Made by a program: the position numbers and the translations under genes. Of a stretch of 64,000 nucleotides of DNA, positions 49,390-61,470 are shown piece after piece (the stretch's first letter is position 1; the number at the start of each line of letters is the position of its first letter). The notes under the pieces are model-generated. The model ran no database searches and was not told the origin of the DNA. It saw nothing but the letters and a program-made list of their open reading frames with translations. Source of the stretch: Okamejei kenojei (Eukaryota); assembly GCA_035221665.1 (NCBI GenBank), contig CM069161.1, positions 18,352,001-18,416,000 on the forward strand, read 5' to 3'.

Positions 49390-52190
49390 GTATCATGTAC
49401 CTACCTTCTCTCCATACCCCCTGATCCCTTCAGCCACAAGGACCACATCCAACTCCCTCTTAAATATGGCCAATGAACTGGCCTCAACTACCTTCTGTGG
49501 CATAGAATTCCACAGATTCACCACTCTCTGTGTGAAAAACAATTTTCTCATCTCGGTCGTAAAAGACTTCCCCCTTATCCTTAACTGTGACCCCTTGTCC
49601 TGGACTTCCCAACATCGGGAACAATCTTCCTGCATCTAGCCTGTCCAACCCCTTAAGAATTTTGTAAGTCTCTATGAGATCACCCCTCAATCTTCTAAAT
49701 TCCAGCAAGTACAAGCCGAGTCTATCCAATCTTTCTTCATATGGAAGTCGTGCCATCCCAGGAATCAGTGTGATGAACCTTCTCTGTACTCCCTCTATGG
49801 CAAGAATGTCTTTCCTCAGAATAGGAGACCAAAACTGTACGCAATACTCCAGGTGTGGCCTCACCAAGACCCTGTACAACTGCAGTAGAACCTCCCTGCT
49901 CTTGTACTCAAATCCTTTTGCTATGAATGCCAACATACCATTCACTTTCTTCACAGCCTGCACCTGCATGCCTACTTTCAATGACTGGTGTACCATGACA
50001 CCCAGGTCTCGCTGCATCTTCCCTTTTCCTAATCAGTCACCATTCAAATAATAGTCTACCTTCCTGTTTTTGCCACCAAAGTGGATAACCTCGCATTTAT
50101 CCGCATCTGCCATGTATTTGCCCACTCACACAGTCTATCTAAGTCATCCTGCAGCCTCTTAGCATCATCCTCACAGCTAACACTGCCCCCCCAGCTTTGT
50201 ATCATCCGCAAACTTCGAGATGTTGCATTTAATTCCCTCGTCCAAATCATGAATGTATATTCTAAATAGCTGGGGTCCCAGCACTGAGCCTTGCGGTACC
50301 CCACTAGTCACTGCCTGCCATCCTGAAAAGGACCCGTTCACTCCTACTCTTTGCTTCCTGTCTGCCAGCCAGTTCTCTATCCACATCAATACTGAACCAC
50401 CAATACCGTGTGCTTTAAGTTTGTATACCAATCTCTTGTGTGGGACCTTGTCGAAGGCCTTCTGAAAGTCCAGATATAACACATCCACTGCTTCTCCCTT
50501 ATCCACTCTACTAGTTACATCCTCAAAAAATTCAATAAGATTCGTCAGACATGATTTACCCTTCGAATCATGTCTGACTTTGTCCAATGATTTCACCACT
50601 TTCCAAATGCGTTGCTATCCCATCTTTAATAACTGACTCTAGCAGTTTCCCCACTACCGATGTTAGACTAACTGGTCTGTAATTCCCCATTTTCTCTCTC
50701 CTCCCTTTTTAAAAAGTGGGGTTACATTAGCTACCCTCCAATCCTCAGGAACTACTCCAGAATCTAAAGAGTTTTGAAAAATTATCACTAAGGCATCTGC
50801 TATTTCTGGGGCTACTTCCTTAAGTACCCTGGGATGCAGCCTATCTGGCCCTGGGGATTTATCGGCCTTTAATCTATTTAATTTACCTAACACCACTTTC
50901 CGGCTAACCTGGATTTCACTCATTTCCTCCATCTCATTTGACCCGCGATCCCCTGCTATTTCCGGCAAATTATTTATGTCTTCCTTAGTGAAGACAGAAC
51001 CAAAGTAGTTATTCAATTCGTCTGCCATGTCCTTGTTCCCCATGATCAATTCACCCGTTTCTGACTGCAGGGGACCTACATTTGTTTTAACTAATCTTTT
51101 GCACTACACATATCGATAAAAATGTTTGCAGTCAGTTTTTATGTTTCCTGCCAGTTTTCTCTCATACTCCATTTTCTCTTTTCTAATTAAGCCCTTTGTC
51201 CTCCTCTGTTGGTCTCTGAATTTCTCCCAGTCCTCTGGTCGGCTGCTTTTTCTGGCTAATTTGTACGCTTCATCTTTTTCTTTGATTCTATCCCTGATTT
51301 TCTTCGTTATCCACGGATGCGCCACCTTCCCTGATTTATTCTTTTGCCATACTGGGATGAACAATTGTTGTAGTTCATCCATGCAGTCTTTAAATGCCTT
51401 CCATTGCATATCCACCGTCAACCCTTCAAGACTCAATTGCCAGTCCATCTTGGCCAATTCACGTCTCATACCCTAAAAGTTACCTTTCTTTACGTTCAGA
51501 ACCCGTGTTTCTGATCCAACAATGTCACTCTGCATCCTAATGAAGAACTCAACCATATTATGGTCACTCTTGCCCAAGGGGCCACGTACAACAAGGCTGC
51601 TAACTAACCCTTCCTCATTACTCAATATCCAGTCTAGAATAGCCTGCTCTCTCGTTGGTTCCTCCACATGTTGGTTTAGAAAACTATCCCGCATACATTC
51701 CAAGAAATCCAATTCCTCAACACCCCTGCCAATTTGATTCACCCAATCTATATGTAGATTGAAGTCACCCATTATAACGGTTTTACCTTCGTTGCACGCA
51801 TTTCTAATTGCCTGTTTGATGCCATCCTCAACTCCACTACTACTGTTAGGTGGCCTGTAGAGAACACCCACTAGCGTTTTCTGCCCCTTAGTGTTTCGCA
51901 GCTCCACCCATATCGATTCCACATCCTCCAAGCTAATGTCATTCCTTTCTATTGCGTTAATCTCCTCTCTAACCAGCAACGCTACCCCACCTCCTTTTCC
52001 TCTCTGTTTATCCTTCCTGAATATTGAATATCCCTGGATGTTCAGCTCCCAGCCTTGGTCACCCTGGAGCCATGTCTCCGTGATCCCAACTATATCATAA
52101 TTACTAATAGCTATCTGCACATTCAACTCATCCACCTTATTACGAATACCCCTCGCATTGAGACACAAAGCCTTTAGGCTTGTTTTTACA
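49390..52190 (-). pseudogene. CR1 ORF2 (APE endonuclease-reverse transcriptase), broken by several frameshifts
   Basis: Consecutive ORF-track pieces 51473-52474, 51104-51469, 50663-51049, 50177-50599, 49484-50017 and 49393-49635 in domain order. Confidence 0.9.
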
Positions 52191-52479
52191 ACACTCTTGG
52201 CCCTTTTACAATTATGTTGAAAAGTGGCCCTTTTAGATTTTTGCCCTGGATTTGTTTTCCTGCCACTTTTCACCTTGCTACCTATTGCTCCTATCCTCAT
52301 TTTACACCCCTCTGTCTCTCTGATCACACATTTAAGAAACCCTCCACTTCTTATTCTCCGTTTGTTATTTTTTTCTTCTTTCCTCCCTACGTGTTGCGTC
52401 TGACTGCTTCTCTTCTCTGCCTCCTGCCTCACAAACGGACTACTTGCCTTCTCTATTTGAGTCCCTCCCCCCAACCGAT

Positions 52480-53415
52480 CTAGTTTAAAGTCTCCCCAGT
52501 AGCCTTTGCAAATCTCCCCACCAGGATATTGGTTCCCCTCGGGTTCAAGTGCAACCCGTCATTTTTGTACAGGTCACACCTTCCCCAAAAGAGGTCCCAA
52601 TGATCCAGAAACTTGAATCTCTGCGCTCTGCACCAGTCCTTTAGCCACGCATTTATCCTCCACCTTGCTCCATTCCTACTCTCACTGTCGTGTGGTACAG
52701 GCAGTAATCCTGAGATTGTTACCTTTGCGTACCTTCTCCTTCACACTCCTCCTAACTCCCTAAATTCTCCTTTCAGGACCTCCTCTCTTTTTCTACCTAT
52801 GTCATTGGTACCTATATGTACCACAACCTCTGGCTCCTCTCCCTCCCATTTCAAGATATCTTGGACACGTTCAGTCACATCCCGGACCCTGGCACCAGGG
52901 AGGCAAACTACCATCCGGGTCTCCTGACTGCGTCCACAGAATCGCCCATCTGACCCCCTAACTATAGCGTCCCCTATTACTGCTGCCCTCCTCTTCTTTT
53001 CCTTACCCTTCTGAGCAACAGGGCCGGTCTTTGTACCGGAGGCCCGGTCGCTGTTGCTACCCCCAGGTAGGCTGTGCCCCCCAACAGTACTCAAACAGGA
53101 ATACTTATTGCCAAGGTGTACAGCCACCGGGGTACTCTCTAGTCCCTGCCTCTGCCCCTTGCCTCTCCTAACCGTGACCCACTTTTCTGCCTCCTGTGGT
53201 TTTGGAGTGACCACCTGTCTGTAGCTCCTCTCTATGGCTTCCTCACTCTTCCTGACCAGACGGAGGTCATCGAGCTGCTGCTCCAGGTACCGAATACGGT
53301 CCATTTGGAGCGCCAACTTGACGCACCTGGCGCAGATGTGGATGTCTGGAGAGCTATCTGACTGCATGACCTCCCACATCTGACATCCAGAACAGTAAAC
53401 TGCCCTGGCACTCAT
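52480..53415 (-). pseudogene. CR1 ORF1 (zinc finger/coiled coil plus SGNH/GDSL esterase), frameshifted near 52745
   Basis: MSARAVYCSGCQMWEV...HICARC...LEQQLDDL...VIGDAIVRG...CLPGARV...VVVHIGTND. Confidence 0.85.
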
Positions 53416-54877
53416 CCTCCCCCTTACCCTGGATACAATACAATGTACAATACAATGCAAGGATTTTAGCTGAAAGAAATCAGCAGGGATCTGACTGCCA
53501 ATCAGCTGCTCCCTCGAGTCGTCTTCCACCAATCAGCGGCTTCCTCAACTGCGAGCTGGGACTTTTGAACTGCGAGCTGCGAATGGAACGTTACGGATTT
53601 GGGCTCCTCCCACTGCAACCGCTCCTGGTCCTCATTCAACTTTCTTGCGTTCTTGGTATCCTGTCTCACCCATCTTTCTCAATGTTCTAAAACTTACTTT
53701 TACCAACTCTGGAGTTTGATCATCATAATGAAAGATCATCACAATGAAACATTGACTTTGTTTCTCTCTCTGCAGATGTTGCTTGACCTGCAACATATTT
53801 CCAAAACTTTCTGCTTTTATTTCAGATCCCCAGCATCTGCATTATTTTGCTTTTTGCCGTGTTTTCTTATGTGGGGAGTTGAGGGATGTAAGCAATTAGT
53901 GTCATGATGTAAGTTGGCCATGAATTAACTGAACATTGGAAAACGCTGGAGGGGGGGAAGGAGTAGGTGGTTGAAGGTTTAACTCATTCCTTCCTGGGTA
54001 TAAAATGGAAATATTTAGTTTGGGTTGAAGTCAGCAAGTGAAATGGCTGAAGATACAAGGAACTGCAGATGCTGGAATTTGAGCAAAATACTAGATGGTG
54101 GTGTAACTCAGCAGGTCAGGCAGCATCTGTGGAGAAAATGGATAACAGAGTCTGAGGGGGTCGCTGGTCGGTGCAGACTCATTGGGCCGAAGGGGCTGTT
54201 TTTTCCATGCTGTATCTCAAAAACTAGATCAAAAACTAAATTTAAACTCAGGAAGCCTAGTTTCTTTCACTATCAGCATTAGGGGGCCACTTTCATTAGG
54301 TCTGGCCCTGGTTAGAAATGAAGGTGGTCTGCCTGATCAACCAGATGGCAGGAGTTTGATGCAACTGAAAGGCTCACTGCTCTGTTTCAAGCAGCAGTTA
54401 ATATTCAACACTGTTTCTTAAATCCAGGCCTCATAAAGATAGGTTTTGAAAATAAACCTATAGTTTTATTGACTGGTTGGTGTCAAGTTTACTGAATTCA
54501 AATTCTCAAACTGCCATTCTAGGAGTATTGATGGATTCCCAGTTAAATAAACATACTTGCTACACTGACTTATACATCTCTGTTTTACCACTCCAGCTTC
54601 ATAACCATTGGGTTATTCTACCTCATTATCACTCTTCTTTATTAACTAATCTAGCTAGTTAACACCTGTATATTCGATAACATAACTAGGACATTAAATT
54701 CGACCTTATTAGTTTTACTAACCTAGTTTTACTAACTAACTACACTTCTAGAATCAAAAGTTCCAAATGAGAGTGGAAGCATAATTTTCATTTGTATATC
54801 CTAATTAGTTTTCTAAGATCCTAAACAGATCAGAAAACATTAAATCTCACTTTCTGCCTATCTTGGTTACATGCCAA

Positions 54878-55043
54878 GAAGACACAAAGTGCTGAACTAG
54901 CTCACCAGGTCGGGCGGCATCTTTGAAGAATATGGATAAATGAGGTTTCATGTCAGGACCCTTCTTCAGTCTGCCTGACCTGCTGAGCTACTCCAGCACT
55001 CTGTGTCTTCTTTTGTAAACCAGCAACTGCAGTTCCTTGTTTC
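54878..55043. mobile_element. Penelope terminal fold-back fragment
   Basis: pLTR on - strand (to CCCTTCTTCAGT) directly followed by the same sequence on + strand. Confidence 0.65.
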
Positions 55044-55761
55044 TTAGGCCTTGTTTCTGGAGCCTGCAAGGAATGCTCTCTTCTCCTGCCTAGAAGTGAG
55101 TTAAACATTGGACCTACTGAATCTGTGAACTAAACCATACTTACTTCTCACTTCAAACTACAGGAGTAACTCGGCAGGTCAGGCAGCATCTCTGAAGAAA
55201 GAGGAGATTAAAGAAATTACGGACTTGTAAAACTCAAACAAATTATCAAGTTTAAACCCAGAGAGTTGTGAATCTGTGGAATTCTCTGCCACAGAAGGCA
55301 GTGGAGGGCAATTTGCTGGGTGTTTTCAAGATAGTTCGATACAGCTCTTAGGAATAATGGAATCAAGGGATATGGGGAGAAAGCAGGAATGGGGTACTGA
55401 TGTTGGATGATCAGCCATGATTATATTGAATGCCGGCGCTGGCTCAAAGGGCTGAATGGCCTACTCCTGCACCTATTTTCTATGTTTCTATATTAAAATG
55501 AAAGTCAACTGACCAATTTTGTTTTCTGAAAACTACAAACAGTCATGGAAGTGAATAAATGAGATGCAAATTGACATGTTTAAGAAAGAACTGCAGATGC
55601 TGGAAAAATCAAAGGTAGACAAAAAAGCTGGAAAAACTCAGCGGGACAGGCAGCATTTATGTAGCGAAGGAATAGGCGACGTTTGAGATAGTCAAGACCC
55701 TTCTTCAGACCAATGTCGGGGGGGGGCAAGAAAAAGAAAGGAAGAGGCGGAAAAAGTAGAT

Positions 55762-55980
55762 TGACGCAGTCGGATAGTCGGCGACTAAACTGTCTCCCCC
55801 ACCTTGTTTGACATGTGAGGAGGGGCCTGTGAACCCCCAGCAGGACCAAAAACAAGACCTGTCAAAGGGCAGATGAGCTACTAGCGAGCCATCCACACCA
55901 GTAGATGTTGTGATCAGTGTCGTACATGGCATTGTAACGCACCGTGCCCGTTGATGTTTTCAACGATGATGATGATGATG
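55762..55980 (+). mobile_element. Short retroelement with (GAT)n tail, probably RTE-related non-autonomous element
   Basis: Ends CAACGATGATGATGATGATG; follows a Penelope 3' piece (55580-55760); no tRNA head. Confidence 0.45.
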
Positions 55981-56074
55981 GTATAAAGAGGGGACGTTCT
56001 ATTTAATAATCAAGCGGGAAAGTTACATTGAACTGGGTCCAATAATAATATTGTTTTATCTCTCATGTGTTCAG

Positions 56075-56291
56075 TCCAGGCAGACCCCGGAAGGAGAGTT
56101 CTTACCCCTGGATCAGTGTGAGTTGGATGTCGGCTTTGGCACTGGCGCCGACCAGCTGTTCCTTGTTTCACCTCTGACTATTTGCCATGAAATAACCCCT
56201 GCCAGCCCCTTCTTTGATCTATCCCAACGATCTCTCCGAAGTGATCAGTTTGAGATTGTGGTGATACTGGAAGGAATTGTCGAGACTACTG
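56075..56291 (+). CDS. KCNJ3: Kir3.1/GIRK1-like coding exon 2 (cytoplasmic domain incl. G-loop)
   Basis: Acceptor TGTGTTCAG|TCC; [39 protein letters not shown]...[14 protein letters not shown]; donor G|GTAAGT; 217 nt, phase 0 to phase 1, in frame with exon 1. Confidence 0.95.
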
Positions 56292-56676
56292 GTAAGTCCG
56301 TTTATTTATGCAGGTCGTTAATATATTTTATTTCCTCTTTGTATATAATCAATAATACTTCCAACTGCCTCCTATGTCCTTTTACCCATCAAGATTTTTC
56401 ATTGTGGAATGTCATTAGGTTTAACTGGACCTACTTTTTAAATGAGCTTGAATGAGGGCAGGGAAGGTTTACAAGGATGTTGCCAGGACTCGAGGGCCTG
56501 AGCTACAGTGAGAGTTTGGACAGATCTACACTTTATTCCTTAGAGCACAGGAGGCTGAGGGATGATCTTATAGAGGTGTATAAAAAGAGGACGATTTATT
56601 GGGAGCCTAAGGGGCAACTTTCTCACTTAGAAGGTGGTGGGTACGTGAAACAAGCAACAAGCTGGAATCTTGAGCA

Positions 56677-57155
56677 AATCACAGCTTGGTTTGGGAACAG
56701 CTCCATCGAAGACCGCAAGAAATTACAGCGAATTGTGGATACAGCCCAGACCATCACACAAACGAACCTCCTTTCTATTCACTCCATTTATACCTCACGC
56801 TTCCTCGTCAAGGCCAGCAGCATAATCAAGGATGAGTTGCACCCTGGCCTCTTCCTCTTCTCCCCTCTTCCATCAGGCAAAAGGTACAGAAGTGTGAAAA
56901 CGCACACCTCCAGATTCAGGGACAGTTTCTTCCCAGCTGTCCCAGGCAGCAGTGCTGAACTACTATCTACCTCATTGGTGACTCTCGGATTATCCTTGAT
57001 CGGATCTTGCTGCTTTTACCTTGCACTAAATGTTATTCCGTTATCATGTATCTGTACACTGTAAATGGCTCGATTGTAATCATGTATTGTCTTTCTGCTG
57101 AACGCAACAAAAGCTTTTCACTGTACCTCGGTAAACGTGACAATGAACTAAACTG
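56677..57155 (+). mobile_element. Rex1/Babar-like LINE 3' fragment (after a CR1 piece at ~56455-56660)
   Basis: ITAWFGNSSIEDRKKLQRIVDTAQTIT...FSPLPSGKRYRSVKTHTSRFRDSFFPAV; tail GTGACAATGAACTAAACTGA. Confidence 0.8.
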
Positions 57156-58031
57156 ACCTGAAGTGCTGGAGTAATTCAATGGGTCAGGCAGTATCTGTGG
57201 AGGGACCCTTTCTTCAGAGTGATTGTGGTAGGGGACAGAAAGCTGGGAAAAAGAGGTAGAGACAGGACAAAGCCTGGCAAGTGCTAGGTGGATATAGGTA
57301 AGGGGGGTGATTAGCAAATGAGTGGATAAAGGCTGGAGCTGAAAATCAGGCAAATGGTGACCAACAAAGACAAAAGGGTGTTAGTTGATGAACGAAGGGG
57401 AAGTGAAATGTAAAGCCAGAGGGCGGGATATACGTAGGCAATAAGGGGATGAGAAAGTGTTATAATCATCTTGTTCTTGTGAAAAGACATGAGTAACCCA
57501 GCAGAAACTTTCAAGTAAAGCAATCCATCATTTTGCTTTAAAAGTCAATCTGAAGAATCTGGTTGCTTGCTATCAGCACAATGTATGTTTTTATTACATT
57601 TCAATCACACAAAAGTACTGAGGGAAAAATTGCTGCCAGGCCTAACATGAACCATTCAGGAGGGTCCCGACCAGAAACGTCACCCATACATGTCCTCCAG
57701 AGATGCTGCCTGACTCGTTGAGTTACTCCAGCACTTTGTGTCCTTTTATGTAAAACAGCATCTGCAATTCCTGGTGTCTATGGTCTCTACTTGGTTTGTT
57801 GTTTATGTGGCATCGGTTGCAACGCAAAATACCAACCCCGTTGAGATATTTGTCAGCGGTGAAACTAACATGATTATAGAATTTACTGAGAGAGACAGGC
57901 TTGCAAGTTATGTACAAGTAATTTAAAATTTAGGCTTAGAACCGTATAAAGTGCAAACAGTCAGTGGTCTGAAATTATGAGTAAAGTCTGGTTTCCGTAT
58001 AAGACAACTGTTTTTGATAAAGGCATCAACG

Positions 58032-58556
58032 CAATAGACAATAGACAATAGACATTAGGTGCAGGAGTAGGCCATTCTACCCTTCGAGCCAGCACCGCCA
58101 TTCAATGTGATCATGGCTGATCACCCCCAAGCAGTACCCCATTCCTGCCTTCTCCCCATATCCCCTGACTCCACTATTTTTAAGAGCCCTATCTAGCTCT
58201 CTCTTGAAAGCATCCACCGCTCTCTGAGGCAGAGAATTCCACAGACTCACCACCCTCTGTGAGAAAAAGTGTTACCGCGTCTCTGTTCTAAATGGCTTAC
58301 TCCTTATTCTTATCCTGTGGCCCATGTTTCTGGACTTCCCCCAACATCGGGAACATGTTTCCTGCCTCTAGCGCGTCCAAGCCCTTAACAATCTTATATG
58401 TTTCAATGAGATCCCCTCTCATCCTTCTAAACTCCAGAGTGTACAAGCCCAGCTGCTCCATTCTCTCAGCATATGACAGTCCTGCCATCCCGGGAATTAA
58501 CCTTGTAAACCTACGCTGCACTCCTTCAATAGCAAGAATGTCCTTCCTCAAATTAG
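58032..58556 (-). mobile_element. CR1 LINE 3' fragment
   Basis: (CAATAGA)n tail; ORF 58297-58551 KDILAIEGVQRRFTRLIPGMAGLSY. Confidence 0.9.
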
Positions 58557-58689
58557 GAATAGGAATTGATGTTCAAACAACCAAATATTTAAATATAATA
58601 AAATAACAATTAATACATTAAGAACCAGGCCATAATAGTGCAAAACTTAATTCCGTGGTGCAACCAAAACAAAGTTCACAGTAGATCAT

Positions 58690-59245
58690 AGTTGCTGAGG
58701 TAAGGCTGTGGTTAGTGTTGTGCAGTGTTCAAGAGCCTGATAATTGAACACTGCATTTAAGAAGCTGTTCTTAAGCATGGAGGCTCCGGCAACATCTTTC
58801 CGATGGTAGGAGCAAATTGAGAGACCAGGATGGTGTGGGCTTTGATGATACTGGCGGCCTTTCTGAGGCAACGCCTCCTGTAGATCCTTTCAATGGTGGG
58901 GAGGTCAGTGCCCGTGATGGAATGGGCAACGCCTCACTCTTTCTGTAGCCTCTTTCATGCCTCGGTGTTTGATTTGCTGAACCAAGCCACGTTGCAACCA
59001 GTCAATATGCTCGTTGCTGTATATCCGTAGAACTTCAATAGGTATTCGACGATATACCAAATCTCCTCAATCTTCTAAAGAAGTAGAGGCACCAATGAGC
59101 TTTCTTTGAGATTGCATCAATGTGCTGTGCCCAGGCCAAATCTTCAGCAAAAACACACCCAAGAACTTGAAGTTGTTCATTCTCTCCACCACCTTCTCGT
59201 CCATAAAGACAGCTTTGTGGATCCTCAGCTTTCCCTTCCTGATGT
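58690..59245 (-). mobile_element. Rex1-like LINE RT C-terminal fragment
   Basis: VERMNNFKFLGV / EDLAWAQHIDAISKKAHWCLYFFRRLRRFGIS. Confidence 0.75.
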
Positions 59246-60410
59246 TTCCTCTCACATCCCAAAGATGTTCAGATTAGGTGGATAATTGGCCTCTGTAAAT
59301 GGCCTCTGTAAATGAGCCCCTATTGCGTCAGCTGTGGATGAGAACATGTGAAGACATAGAACTAGTGTGAATGGGTGATTGATGGTTGGCATGGATTTGG
59401 TGGGCAGAAGGACCTGTTTCCATGCTGTATCGTTGTACCAAACTAAACTGAAGTGTCTGGCAGAGGGAGCATTGGAGTCTGAAATCTTATTATGAAACCA
59501 CATAATTCCAATGTTTGCCTTTAACAGACAGGAGGTAAGCACTCTGCTCAGCAGTATTATCTCTTATCAATGCCTGAGTATAATCTTCTCCCTTATATTT
59601 CCAAGAAAAAGGATTGAAATCTATTTATTAAAATCTACGTAGATAGAGGGTTTTTTTTAATGAGCTATTTCCTGCTTCGTGTTGGCTGTTCAATTCTTGT
59701 GACGAAGCAATAGAGAAAATAGCATTTCTTTATGATCTGTTTGGCCGTCTTTTTAATGAGGTTTGACAGTGCAAGAGAAAGGAAATGTTTTTATGTTTTC
59801 AACAAATCAGAGTAGTAAACAGTCTGAATGGTGTGGTCTTTGTCGATATTGGCTGCTTTTCTGAGACACCGCCTCCTGTAGATCCCTTCGATGCTGGGGA
59901 GGTCAGTACCTGTGATGGACCGGGCAATGGCCACCACTTCCTGTAGCCACCTTCATCCACAGGCGTTTGAGTTGTCAAACCAGGCCATGATGCAACTGGT
60001 CAGAACGTTTGCAGTGTGCCTTCACTGGAGGTTTTGGAGGGACCCCTTGCTTTTTTGCCTCCTTCTTGCTCAAACCATGCAACATTTCCAGGCATTTCCG
60101 TCAGTTTATGGGTGAGGAATCTCCACTCATCAAATATAAGATCAAACTGTTTTACTAAATCAAAAGAAGAAATTGTACAAGTCATTGGTGAGACCACACT
60201 TGGAGCACTGTGTGCAGCTCTGGTAGCCCAGCTAGAGGATGGATGTCATTAAATTGGAAAGACTGCAGGTCTGCAGAAATTAGAGATTCGCCAGGATGTT
60301 TTCAAGAGGGAGATTTAGCTCTTAGGGCAAAAGAATCAAAGGATATGGGGGAAAAAGCAGGAACGGGGAACTATTTTTCTATGTTTTTATGTTTCTTTAT
60401 CTGGGCTTGT

Positions 60411-60464
60411 GGAGTGGGAGATTGCAACCTTCACGTGGTCCGCCCTGTTTTGACAAATGCAATC
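60411..60464 (+). ncRNA. Minimal HDV-like self-cleaving ribozyme (predicted)
   Basis: P1 GGAGTGG/CCGCCCT (G1.U wobble, one A-C mismatch), P2 GATTGCA/TGCAATC, P3 ACC/GGT, L3 TTCACGT, vestigial P4, J4/2 CAAA with C60454 in the catalytic position. Confidence 0.7.
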
Positions 60465-60547
60465 AACCTGTGCGCACAATCAAATAAGATCAAATAGAAC
60501 AAGTTGTCCTACAACTTTAGGCCGTGCACGCCATATGCAAGAAAAAG
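60411..60547 (+). mobile_element. 137-bp non-autonomous retroelement with 5' HDV-like ribozyme fold, copy 2
   Basis: TSD ATCTGGGCTTGT (60399-60410, 60548-60559; extendable by one G); 3' end ACGCCATATGCAAGAAAAAG. Confidence 0.85.
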
Positions 60548-61470
60548 ATCTGGGCTTGTGCGTGAGTTGCAGGGAGAGGTTGAAAGACTGGGCCTTTTCC
60601 CTTTGGAGCATTGGAGGCCGAGGGTTAATCTTTTTGAGATCTACAAAATCCCGAGGGGCATGGATAAAGTGATCATTTACAGTCTTTTTCCCAGGATAGA
60701 GGATTCTAAAACTAGAAGGAATAGGGTTAAGTGAGAGAGGAAATTTAAGAGGGATCTTAGGGTCGACTTTTTAACTCCGAGGTAGTTCATATCTTTAATG
60801 ACGTGCCAGAGGAAGCTATTGAAGTGAATACAATTGCGACTTTTAAAAGACATTTGGACAGATGTATGAATAAGCCAATATTCATGAGTATGAGTAGTCC
60901 AATATGGCAACTTGGTCAGCATGGACTAGGAGGCCCAAAGGGCCTGGTTCTGTGATAAAGAGCTCTATGACTGAGAAAGTATCCTTCCTCTTTTATCACT
61001 TCCTTTTCAATGGCAAATATTCACCATTATGACACGAAAAGTTTCCGACATGCCTCATCATCCCTCATTCCAATCTTCAAAGTCTAATATTGACTTTCAT
61101 AATAGAGTCAAACATTATCTTTCTAACCCTACACATGCAGTAGGTTTCTGGCGGTACGCTGCTTTGATTGTACAAAATCATGCCATGCATCAGAGGGGCA
61201 TATTTTGTGCATGAGTAACACTGTATGTAGTTGACATCATATTTAGACAGACAGCTTCCTCCAAAAATATCCACGTGTCAGTTTTCGGAAGTGAACTCTC
61301 AATAATCACATTTCGAGCACTTCAGTTGATAATGTGGTTCCATTTTAGCATTTTGAAGAAGCACAATGAACTGCATGGGTTAAGGGCTGGACTGATGCTA
61401 ATCATTTTATTCAAATAGAAAATTTGACAAAGCTTGCTTTAATTCTGTACTGATGTCGTGATTGTTTGTT

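Larger units (their letters stand above)
49286..53625 (-). mobile_element. Near-full-length CR1 (HER1-like) LINE with frameshifted ORF1 and ORF2
   Basis: 3' (TTTCTATG)n tail; RT fragments ([29 protein letters not shown]); APE endonuclease (GITETWL, YRPP, MGDFN, SDH); ORF1 with Cys/His finger and SGNH esterase. Confidence 0.95.
60170..60972 (+). mobile_element. Old CR1 fragment(s) hosting the 60411-60547 insertion
   Basis: GGTGAGACCACACTTGGAGCACTGTGTGCAGCTCTGG; ERLGLFPLEHWRPRVNLFEIYKI. Confidence 0.7.

Noticed and set aside
56477-57064. 195-aa ORF as a host gene
   Set aside because: Chance in-frame fusion of a CR1 fragment and a Rex1 fragment
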